DNA from: an uncultured Bacteroidia bacterium
GTDB taxonomy: Bacteria > Bacteroidota > Bacteroidia > J057
NCBI GenBank assembly: GCA_964564415.1
Contig: CAZMAV010000009.1
Coordinates: 80,341 to 144,340 of the forward strand
Direction of reading: 5' to 3'
Length of the DNA stretch: 64,000 nucleotides
The position numbers and the translations under genes are program-made. The first letter of the stretch is position 1. Every line of letters starts with the position of its first letter. A model generated the notes under the pieces. The model was not told the DNA's origin. It saw only the letters and a list, made by a program, of their open reading frames with translations, and searched no databases. This document shows, in pieces, positions 1 through 7,247 of this stretch.

Positions 1-39
1 AACTAGATTAATGTCAGCCTTGGCCCAATCCAGTGAGTA

Positions 40-1005
40 CTAATGAAAGATTATTTTGGTGGCTCCGTTGCCGTATTTCTTGACATCTCCTTGTTCCACG
101 GCTTTTACTTCCTTCACCGTCTTTACTATTTTATGTACTTCCTTTTTGAGTTTCCCCTCACCGACTCCGTGAATAGCCACCAGGGAGGCATAGTTTTCCA
201 TAATGGCCTTGTCCAGGGTTTTTTGAAAATGATCTACCTGGGCCTTGAGCATTTCTGATGGTTTGAGCAGGTAGGGCCGCTTGACAAGCTCCTCTATGTG
301 GAGGTCAACTTCGCCTTCCATGCGAGGCTTGGCTTCGTCAGCTTTTTTGATCTTGACAAACTCATTTTTCTCAATGGCGTTGACATCCTTGAATTGCTGA
401 TCCTCTCTTATGGAAAATGTCCAACCATCCTTGTTGAGCAGTTTGAGAAACTTGCTGGGCTTAAGGAGCCTCCCTTTGTCCCAGGGGAGTTCACGCTGCA
501 CGGGAGAGTGGGGAAAGCCCCGACCCGGAAGAAACTGCAGCACCTGAAAGTAGAAACTCTTGATTTTATTGAGCTCGGATTTATCGATCAGCATAAGTCG
601 ATAATGCTCCCCCGACTGCAAGGTTCCCGCGGCAATTCCATCGAAGCGCTTTCCGGTCTTGATGTAGCAGGTAAAAAGTATATCTACCGGCTCGGGATTG
701 ACGAGGTTGATCACATAGCGATGCTCGTCCTCACTGTTCACCACCATGCTCAATTCGACGATAGAAGTGCCCAATTGTTTGATGCTCTTGTCCAGCCGTT
801 GGCTGACCTTTTCGTCTACCTCGGCGGTTTTTCCCAGGTAGGCCGTCTCTGTGCTGTCAATGGGTATGATTTCGTCTATTCCTACATCAATGGGAAAGTC
901 ATCTCCCATGTCCACCTCTACATTCCTTTTGTCTATAAGCCTTGTGATGACTCCTGTACCACTTTCGTGAAGCAAACGTACCTTTTGACCTACCCTGTAA
1001 TTCAT
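40..1005 (-). CDS. Smr-domain protein (DUF2027-like N-terminal region plus C-terminal Smr/MutS2-type domain)
   Basis: The C-terminal 'VDLHIEELV...LVAIHGVGEGKLKKEVHKIV' matches the Smr-domain signature (DLHG-like motif plus GxG). The ORF is complete at 321 aa. Confidence 0.6.
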   Translation of the reverse strand: MNYRVGQKVRLLHESGTGVITRLIDKRNVEVDMGDDFPIDVGIDEIIPIDSTETAYLGKTAEVDEKVSQRLDKSIKQLGTSIVELSMVVNSEDEHRYVINLVNPEPVDILFTCYIKTGKRFDGIAAGTLQSGEHYRLMLIDKSELNKIKSFYFQVLQFLPGRGFPHSPVQRELPWDKGRLLKPSKFLKLLNKDGWTFSIREDQQFKDVNAIEKNEFVKIKKADEAKPRMEGEVDLHIEELVKRPYLLKPSEMLKAQVDHFQKTLDKAIMENYASLVAIHGVGEGKLKKEVHKIVKTVKEVKAVEQGDVKKYGNGATKIIFH

Positions 1006-1324
1006 ATCTTCCTGCTAAAATGAAGTTTCCTGCAAAAAACGATTTCTACCTAGATTTTTTTGAAATAAAAGAGAAAAACAACTGCCTTAATTAGAGGCAT
1101 TCAGACTTTTTTTCAAAAAAATCAATTTTTTTAAACTTTGTCGAAACTTTTTTTAATACGTGGAGTAGACTTGACTGTTATAAGGTAGACCAATCCTTCC
1201 ATTTTTTGTTCAACCCATAAGTCCGATTAAAAATGTTAGTTCCAAAACAACATATGGGAATCCTGAGAAGCCAGATGATCTGTCGCCAGATAGATTCAGA
1301 TTTGCTCAATGGGTTTGAAAGTGC

Positions 1325-1408
1325 GGAATCCGGGTGTGTGCAAAGGAAACAGGAATGACTTTGCAGATTTCTTCACACACCCGAACCTAAATCGTTCGGG
1401 TTTTTTTT
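1325..1408 (+). ncRNA. Candidate small structured RNA ending in an intrinsic terminator
   Basis: Nested stems: gggtgtgtg (1332-1340) pairs with cacacaccc (1374-1382), and inside it gcaaag pairs with ctttgc. A terminator hairpin cccgaac-ctaaatc-gttcggg is followed by T8 (1380-1408). The flanking 600 bp has no ORF. Confidence 0.25.
1380..1408 (+). terminator. Rho-independent terminator (7-bp GC-rich stem followed by T8)
   Basis: Stem cccgaac / gttcggg with a 7-nt loop, followed by tttttttt. Confidence 0.6.
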
Positions 1409-1879
1409 GTCTTCACATATTCATCTGATCGAACGCAGTCAGATAAGTTGCTTGATTATCAATCGGTTACTATTGTTTTCCTGCCTCTTGGATCATAATC
1501 CCATATGTCCAAAACTGAATTTAGGACAATTGGACGGACCTCATCAGGCATGTTACTGCTGAAGAATGGGCCATAAGCATTGTTCTTCTGGGCTTGGGAA
1601 AGCTATGCGTAGATCCGCTTAGCTTGGACCGACAGAGCTTTGATCTGACGGTAGTGGGAGAGGTATGCAGGGGTGTGACATTTTGATGCTAATACATACA
1701 ACTATTAGGTCCTTCTCAGGATGTGGTCAACAGTAAAGTTCGACAAGAGAATGTCAGGCTGTGAAGGAAAAACTGAAGGCTGTTGGGCAGGCATCCAACA
1801 GGGGAGAAAATATTGTAATTCGTTCTTTTTCACATACTTGAGGGGTGTAGTAGCGATAAAGAAATTTATCGCTACGCCT

Positions 1880-1954
1880 GACTCGGAAGTCCTATGGTGG
1901 GACGCCACATTGTCTATGTGGTAGCAGCGGGTTCGATTCCCGTCCGGGTCGCCA
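1880..1954 (+). tRNA. tRNA-Asp (GTC), CCA encoded
   Basis: The cloverleaf folds by hand: acceptor gactcgg/ccgggtc (one G-U pair), D-stem gtcc/ggac, anticodon stem ccaca/tgtgg with loop ttGTCta, T-arm gcggg-ttcgatt-cccgt, then discriminator g and cca. An 11-bp perfect hairpin (1849-1875) lies immediately upstream. Confidence 0.85.
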
Positions 1955-2120
1955 GGATCAAGGCCTTTCCCCTAGCATGGCAAAATAAAGTGGGAAGCGA
2001 TTGAGCTTAGCTTAAAGCTTCACACCCGACAAAAGGAGCCATGACTTGACCGGAATATGGCAGGTATCCAGCCTTGGAAGTCCCAAGGTTATGAGCTTTG
2101 ACGTACGAATGATTTGGCAA

Positions 2121-2189
2121 AACGCCCTAGCTTAAAGGACTAAAAGCGGCCTTAGAGGGTAGATATGGGTTCGATTCCCATGGGCGTTC
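2121..2189 (+). tRNA. tRNA-like element with a perfect acceptor stem and T-arm but no canonical D and anticodon arms (possible pseudo-tRNA)
   Basis: Acceptor aacgccc/gggcgtt is 7 bp and the T-arm atggg-ttcgatt-cccat is perfect. The 5' 46 nt (ta gctt aaaggactaa aagc ggccttagagggtagat) cannot form a 5-bp anticodon stem with a 7-nt loop. Confidence 0.35.
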
Positions 2190-2222
2190 ACCGAGAAAGG
2201 CTTTGATGAGCCTCTCCTTCAC

Positions 2223-2293
2223 TGCCCGATAGCCTAGCGGCAAGGCACCACATTTTGGCTGTGGAGACCCAGGTTCGAATCCTGGTCGGGCAT
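2223..2293 (+). tRNA. tRNA-Gln (TTG)
   Basis: U1-A72 acceptor tgcccga/tcgggca, as is typical of Gln tRNAs. Anticodon stem ccaca/tgtgg with loop ttTTGgc. T-arm ccagg-ttcgaat-cctgg. Confidence 0.8.
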
Positions 2294-2299
2294 CTTTTC

Positions 2300-2370
2300 C
2301 TATCCGAAGCGCAATGGCGGCGCACAAGTCAGGGAGACTTGGGGTGTGGGTTCGATTCCTGCCGGATAGT
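2300..2370 (+). tRNA. tRNA-Pro (GGG)-like; anticodon loop cagggag carries an unusual A33
   Basis: C1-G72 acceptor ctatccg/cggatag, typical of Pro. D-arm gcgc-aatggcg-gcgc. Anticodon stem caagt/acttg with loop caGGGag. T-stem gtggg/cctgc has two G-U pairs. Confidence 0.55.
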
Positions 2371-2374
2371 CTCT

Positions 2375-2446
2375 GGAACTATAGCTTAGCAGGTAGAGCG
2401 TCTGACTGAAGATCAGAAGGGGGTGGTTCGATTCCACACGGTTCTA
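2375..2446 (+). tRNA. tRNA-Phe (GAA)-like with a non-pairing acceptor stem (possible pseudo-tRNA)
   Basis: Canonical D-arm ta-gctt-agcaggta-gagc. Anticodon stem tctga/tcaga with loop ctGAAga. T-arm gtgg-ttcgatt-ccac. The 5' end ggaacta is not complementary to the 3' end cggttct. Confidence 0.4.
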
Positions 2447-2456
2447 CATTTTTGAG

Positions 2457-2539
2457 GGAACGCGTCAACGAAGGAAGGTTGAACCTGTCTGTAAAACAGG
2501 TGCTTTGGGGCTTAGTAGGTTCGACTCCTGCTCCAGACT
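2457..2539 (+). tRNA. tRNA-Tyr (GTA)-like class II element with a non-pairing acceptor stem (possible pseudo-tRNA)
   Basis: D-stem caac/gttg. Anticodon stem cctgt/acagg with loop ctGTAaa. Long variable arm. T-arm gtagg-ttcgact-cctgc. The 3' acceptor tccagac has no complementary 5' partner; the nearest complement, agtct-ct-gga, lies at 2368-2377, inside the Phe-like element. Confidence 0.3.
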
Positions 2540-2612
2540 CCCGATTGTATTTGCAAAGACCCGGCAAACCCTCTTAAGGCCAGCCGGGTCCTCAAACTGA
2601 TTTCAAATGGGC

Positions 2613-3818
2613 TTACTCGTTGGGATTCATGATTTTACCTAAAAAAAGGATGGTATTAGACTCGAGGTCTCGAATCACGAGCAGGAAAGGACGATCCACC
2701 CGAAGGGTAGGAGGAACTGAGGTAAGGCCTACCTCTACAGAAGTAGCACCAGCAGCTTCCAGGCCTCCTTCTTCGATCTTCAAAAAAGTCTTGTGCTTAA
2801 CTCTTGAAATAAAAAGATTGGAGCTTTCAACTACTCCGCTTAGATCAGCCGCATTTTTACGGAAAGCCTTCACCATTCCCAAACTTTTCATGGTCTCCTT
2901 CAATTCTTTTTCATATTTGATCTCCATCTTAGGAAAGATGACTATAAGTTGGGTTTCGCCCTGAAGATCCTGGATGAGGCTATCGTAAAAATCAGTAGAA
3001 AGAGAGGGAATCAAGTCAGCAGGTCTCTTTTCCGATTTTGGCAAAATAATATCCATGGCAAATTCTGGTTCATCTTTGCCGATAAGCAAAGTAATGGCTT
3101 GAAAATCAGGACGGTCGAGATAGCGAAATTGTGAATCGTGAAACATCATGTCAACGTCTTCCTGGGTATTGGAATCCGGAAAAAATGTTCCTGAATGGGT
3201 ACTGTTTTCCAAAAAAGGCTGGTTCCAGGGTCCCTTGAAGTAAATGGTATTGACCAAAAACATCACGTCTTGAGAACTGATGTTGCTGATGATGTTCTTG
3301 ATGCGATCTTCCGTTTGATCGGCTACCCACTGATTGATTTTGTCCTTGGCGGAAGGGTTTTCAAAATCCAAGGCTTCTACCTTGCTCTGAAAATTATCCT
3401 CGGCTTGACCGATAAAATCACTTTTGGGATTCAGCTCCTGCCTATGGTAAATAGCATTGGCGATGCTTAGCTGCAGCTTGCCATCTGAACGGACAAGCTT
3501 AAGGAGTAGGTTTTTGTATTGCTCGTTGAGTTTTTCCTCATCAAGCCCAGAGAGATGGAGGGCTTCGTAGATTTCTTGTTTTGTTTCTCCTTCTGCTCCA
3601 TTGGAGGTCATGCTAATGGCAGAACCTATGCTCAAGGGTGAGATGAAGATATTTTTATCGGGTTCTTCAGAGTCCAGAACTTTGAGCATTTGAAAGCCCA
3701 TTTCATTGTTGGCCTGGCTGACGTCCTCAAAGGTGGAGGAGGCTACATCTACAGGCTCCTCACAGGAGAGAAGACCAAAGATCAAAATCAGGCTGCTCAG
3801 GTGGATGATGGTTTTCAT
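2613..3818 (-). CDS. Serpin (serine protease inhibitor) family lipoprotein
   Basis: 401 aa. Lipoprotein signal 'LIFGLLSC'. Serpin core motifs 'NTIYFKGPWNQPF' and 'FLVNTIYFKG'. Reactive-centre-loop hinge 'KIEEGGLEAAGATSVEV' followed by '...RVDRPFLLVIRD...ILFLGKIMNP'. Confidence 0.85.
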   Translation of the reverse strand: MKTIIHLSSLILIFGLLSCEEPVDVASSTFEDVSQANNEMGFQMLKVLDSEEPDKNIFISPLSIGSAISMTSNGAEGETKQEIYEALHLSGLDEEKLNEQYKNLLLKLVRSDGKLQLSIANAIYHRQELNPKSDFIGQAEDNFQSKVEALDFENPSAKDKINQWVADQTEDRIKNIISNISSQDVMFLVNTIYFKGPWNQPFLENSTHSGTFFPDSNTQEDVDMMFHDSQFRYLDRPDFQAITLLIGKDEPEFAMDIILPKSEKRPADLIPSLSTDFYDSLIQDLQGETQLIVIFPKMEIKYEKELKETMKSLGMVKAFRKNAADLSGVVESSNLFISRVKHKTFLKIEEGGLEAAGATSVEVGLTSVPPTLRVDRPFLLVIRDLESNTILFLGKIMNPNE

Positions 3819-3961
3819 AAGGGTTTGGATTTTGTATTAAATTACTATCTAGAATTTAAAATTCAAATTCCTTCTTCTTCAGGCGAAAAAGCCGGAAATA
3901 ATCCTGCCTTTTTTTCTCTTTATCTCCAAATAAGGGTAACACAGCATGTTTCCAGAAAACG

Positions 3962-4046
3962 GGAAGGATGGCAGAATGGTAGTGCAACTGTTTCGAAAAC
4001 AGGAGTTGTCCTCCGGGACATGGGGGTTCGAATCTCTCTCCTTCCT
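3962..4046 (+). tRNA. tRNA-Ser (CGA), class II with long variable arm
   Basis: Acceptor ggaagga/tccttcc. Anticodon loop ttCGAaa. Variable arm agttgtcc-tccg-ggacat. T-arm ggggg-ttcgaat-ctctc. Confidence 0.75.
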
Positions 4047-4063
4047 CCTGTTCAAAGATCAAT

Positions 4064-4138
4064 GTACAAGTAGCTCAATGGCAGAGCACCTGGCTGTTAA
4101 CCAGGGGGTTGAAGGTTCGAGTCCTTCCTTGTGCGCCA
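4064..4138 (+). tRNA. tRNA-Asn (GTT), CCA encoded
   Basis: Acceptor gtacaag/cttgtgc. D-arm gctc-aatggca-gagc. Anticodon stem cctgg/ccagg with loop ctGTTaa. T-arm gaagg-ttcgagt-ccttc, then g and cca. Confidence 0.85.
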
Positions 4139-4212
4139 CAGGAAAAGGCCAAATATAAAGGAGGTAATCCAGCAACATCCAAGGCCGGCAGGAAGGTCCT
4201 GCCCCTGTGACG

Positions 4213-4300
4213 GGAAGTGTTAGCCGAATGGCAAGGCACCCGATTACTAATCGGGAAACCCGTACAAGCGGGTCTGTGGGTTCGAGTCCCATCGCTTCCG
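4213..4300 (+). tRNA. Class II tRNA with predicted anticodon ACT (a Ser-AGU reader with A34), unusual
   Basis: Acceptor ggaagtg/cgcttcc. Anticodon hairpin cccga-ttACTaa-tcggg. Long variable arm with stem cccg/cggg. T-arm gtggg-ttcgagt-cccat. Confidence 0.5.
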
Positions 4301-4321
4301 CAAACTCCTAACATTGGCAGC

Positions 4322-4395
4322 ACCCGGACGGCGCAATCGGCAGACGCATCAGGCTTAAACCCTGTTCGAGTGCGGGTTCGACTCCGCTCCGGGTA
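4322..4395 (+). tRNA. tRNA-Leu (TAA)-like but only 74 nt: the class II variable arm is missing and the T-stem is one base short (possible pseudo-tRNA or indel)
   Basis: The arm-by-arm architecture parallels the canonical bacterial tRNA-Leu(TAA) structure: acccgga .. gcg-caatcggcaga-cgc .. tcagg-ctTAAac-cctgt .. gcggg-ttcgact-ccgc .. tccgggt. The variable region is only 6 nt, and the T-stem 3' strand is ccgc where cccgc is expected. Confidence 0.4.
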
Positions 4396-4458
4396 CTTTT
4401 TATCCCAAAAGCGGGTGATAGGCCTACTTTTTCTTGACGCAAACTTGCCGTCTTTCAT

Positions 4459-4531
4459 GGTGGCCGTAGGGCAATGGTAGCGCATCGGATTGTGGCTCCG
4501 AAGGCAGGGGTTCGATTCCCTTCGGCTCACC
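4459..4531 (+). tRNA. tRNA-His (GTG) with G-1 and a one-nucleotide bulge in the 3' acceptor strand
   Basis: G-1 followed by gtggccg. Anticodon stem tcgga/tccga with loop ttGTGgc. T-arm agggg-ttcgatt-ccctt. The 3' end reads cggcTcacc, where cggccacc would pair perfectly with the 5' strand and C73. Confidence 0.7.
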
Positions 4532-4710
4532 CTCCTGAATCCCTAAAACTCCAGCAAAATGAAACGCGTAATTACCTACATCATCTCTGTGATGATCCAT
4601 AACAGAGCCATGAGGCATGGATGGCGAAAAACTCCCCCAGACCCTCCTCTTTCCAATGGGGAATCCCCTTTGACCGCCAACCTTCCCCCAGGAAGATCGT
4701 TTAGCTGTTT

Positions 4711-5091
4711 ATGAATGAAAGAGACCAAGCCCTACTTGAAATGAGGCCTCGACTCTCCCTCGACAACAGCAAGGCCGGGGAGGCAGAAAGTTTCCAAAAT
4801 AATACCCTTCGTCCCATCCTTAAATTACAAAATCCCCTGCTCAAAATCATGGTAAGGGGGTGGCTTGACGCCCACAAACAAGACCTGACCCAGCAGGATG
4901 GCAAAGAGGCAAAAAAACTGATCGAACACATCCTCAAGACCAACAAAGGACTGAGAGCCACCCTTTTTGCTATGGTGGTGGGACTGATGACGGAGGAAGA
5001 AGTGGAGGAATACCTTCAGCACAAAAGAGAAATGAATCGAAGGTTGACCACCATGCTCATTCAGCGACTTCAGGATCAACTGATGTTGTAA
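4711..5091 (+). CDS. Hypothetical protein
   Basis: 126-aa ORF with an ATG start and no recognisable motif. It sits in the region of gene remnants. Confidence 0.35.
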   Translation: MNERDQALLEMRPRLSLDNSKAGEAESFQNNTLRPILKLQNPLLKIMVRGWLDAHKQDLTQQDGKEAKKLIEHILKTNKGLRATLFAMVVGLMTEEEVEEYLQHKREMNRRLTTMLIQRLQDQLML

Positions 5092-5279
5092 ATATTCCTA
5101 TTTGTCAACAGGAGTAGATCATCCGTCTGTTACCTGGAATTGACCCCTGATCAGCGAATCCTAACAGCCTGCCACACTTATATCGGAAAGTGAAGTTTTA
5201 TCGTTCATATTTATGTTTAGGAAAACGCCTGTGGCAAGGCTAATCCTAGGATTATCAACCCCAATAATTCAGTACATTC

Positions 5280-5465
5280 ATGGTTAGAGTACAATTTAAG
5301 CCGATTGCCCCTCAACTTGAGAGAGATATTCTGGACCTCCTGACCTACAAAGGCAAAATCGCAGCCATGAAGCGCTACATCGAGATTACGGGCGCCCGCG
5401 TCCACGATGCCAAGATCGCTGTAGACCGCATGAGCAGAAACATTGAACCCGGCCAGGCCCTCTAA
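5280..5465 (+). CDS. Small protein with weak resemblance to the ribosomal L7/L12 C-terminal domain fold
   Basis: 61 aa. 'KGKIAAMKRYIEITGARVHDAKIAVDRM' resembles the L7/L12 C-terminal domain 'KIAVIKAVR..TGLGLKEAKDLVD'. Confidence 0.3.
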   Translation: MVRVQFKPIAPQLERDILDLLTYKGKIAAMKRYIEITGARVHDAKIAVDRMSRNIEPGQAL

Positions 5466-6115
5466 GGAAGATAAATCGAAGGATTTCTCTTCCCTGAGCC
5501 TCCTTTTCCTCTATTACGTAAATGCACCCTGAGTTTTTGCTGAGATCAAGCCTGGCCTTTCTATCCGTGAAGGTAGCCAATGGTCGGTAAGCCTTACCCC
5601 TAACGTCTGGCAGTTTCATCTCCCTCATCATTTGGTCTTTCTCCTGCCATTCCTAAATCAATATTTTTCCATTTACCCTCAGTAGATGCCCCTTCCAAAA
5701 AGGGATGGAGACCTGCGTGTTTGGGTTTAGGTCATTTTCTGCCCAGGCAAAATAGATGACCTGAATTTCTCCCTGTTTCCCAACTTCATGGGTAAAATAG
5801 CCTTTCATCCATTTTTTACATCAAAGCAAATTTTCATTTGACTCTATGCGAAAACATGTCTTGATCACTCTGAAAGTAGCCGACCGCCAAAAAGCCGTCG
5901 GTGATGCTGCGAATCCCACCTAGGAGGAAGGTTTACAGGCTTCCTGCCCATTTTTCCCCAATACCAGCCTGTACGGTAAAATCAGAGAATCATGGCAAAT
6001 CGTCAAAACCGAAGGGCCTGTTTTCAGCAAGATCAATACCAGGAAGAGCTGTTTCGCCGTTTGCTGAGGGAGGGTAAAGCGAGGTTTTTAGTTCAAAAAG
6101 AAGAAAAAGCATCTG

Positions 6116-6622
6116 TTGCGAATGGGTTTTGATGAAGGAAATGCCCTCCGGGAAGCCCTTGCAGCTATGCAACACGAAGCTTACGACAAAAAAGGCAGAG
6201 AGGCCAAACTCGAAATTTTGCAGGCTCTGCTTCGACAGCCCCAAAATTTCATCAAGCACGAGATTTTGAGTGAGGCAGCCCTCATGCCGGACGCCCGCCA
6301 GGGCTACGGACTTCCCATCGGGGGGGTCCTGGCTACGGAAAAATCCGTCATCCCCTACGCTGTGGGAGTAGACATTGGCTGTCGAATGGCCCTCTCGGTC
6401 TTCGATTTCAAAGCTGATTTTTTGGAGCGTCAGAAGCGTGAACTGCTGGACCCCCTTCGTGTGCACACCTTCTTTGGTGCTGGAAAAGGGCCTGACCAAC
6501 CCATGGAAGACGAGGCCCCCATCGCATACAAGGACATTTGGGAAGTCATGGCTCAGCAGGAGGATCTGGTAGACATTGTAGGTAAGTTTTCTCCAAAAAT
6601 CGTAAGGATGGCTGGCGATTGA
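6116..6622 (+). pseudogene. rtcB: rtcB remnant: the RtcB N-terminal segment joined in frame to the RtcB C-terminal tail, with the central catalytic region (~240 aa) missing
   Basis: 'LMPDARQGYGLPIGGVLATEKSVIPYAVGVDIGCRM' resembles the conserved RtcB N-terminal region (recalled consensus 'VMPDVHLGKGSTIGSVIPTKGAIIPAAVGVDIGCGM'). The C-terminus 'EDEAPIAYKDIWEVMAQQEDLVDIVGKF' resembles the RtcB C-terminal tail (recalled consensus 'IDEIPMAYKDIDAVMAAQSDLVEVIYTL'). The total is only 168 aa, whereas full-length RtcB proteins are about 400 aa. Confidence 0.6.
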
Positions 6623-6830
6623 TGTCGGCACTGAGAAGGAAACTTATCTCAAGTTAATTTTTTGTTAAGAAATAAAACGAAAACCGAATTAGGCTGAATT
6701 TGCTCTATGTGAATCCGGCCTTTCTTTTTGTAGTCAGGTTAAAAGGCCTCTTTAAATCTTGTCATGGTCGCTTGGATATGTTTTCATTCTTCAGTTTGTA
6801 TATCTTTGCAGGGGAAAAATATACGACCTC

Positions 6831-7148
6831 ATGAGATTATTCGTTTTGTGTGTCTTTTTTATTCCTATCTGGCTGGCAGCTCAAGAGCCTTCCAAAGGGG
6901 AAGCCCACACTGAGGATAACATCATTGCCTATATTCCAAGTGAAAAAGTCCTCTTTGGAAGCTGTGTGGTCAAGTCCCTGCGGGCAGACAAGGGCAACAC
7001 CACCCATGCCAACCTCTTCATGTGGCCCGAAACCGTCAAAAAAGTGAGAAAGAAATACAAGATCGCCGAAATCGTCATCCCCGGCCACGGACAGCCCGGC
7101 GGATTGGAACTGCTCGACTATACCATTCGCCTGTTTTCGAAGCGCTGA
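6831..7148 (+). pseudogene. Subclass B1 metallo-beta-lactamase remnant: a signal-peptide-like N-terminus joined to the C-terminal third; the HxHxD zinc-binding region is absent
   Basis: 'KGEAHTEDNIIAYIPSEKVLFGSCVVKS...ANLFMWPETVKKVRKKYKIAEIVIPGHGQPGGLELLDYTIRL' resembles the conserved C-terminal third of subclass B1 metallo-beta-lactamases (recalled BcII- and IMP-1-type consensus 'GHTEDNIVVWLP...ILVGGCLVK...VVPGHGEVGD'). It is preceded directly by 'MRLFVLCVFFIPIWLAAQEP'. The whole ORF is only 105 aa. Confidence 0.6.
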
Positions 7149-7247
7149 GCAGTTTTTCCCTTTTTATTCTAAAAATTGGATATGATGTATTTTACATCAT
7201 CTGGGTTGAATGCCTATATTTATCCACCTAAATGAGAGGTCCTCCCC

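Noticed and set aside
298-1023. A 241-aa ORF on the + strand overlapping the Smr-domain gene
   Set aside because: It lies antisense to a gene with a clear domain signature, has no motif of its own, and is typical shadow-ORF composition.
5990-6631. A 213-aa minus-strand ORF covering the rtcB remnant
   Set aside because: The + strand translation carries the RtcB signature blocks, and the minus ORF has no recognisable features.
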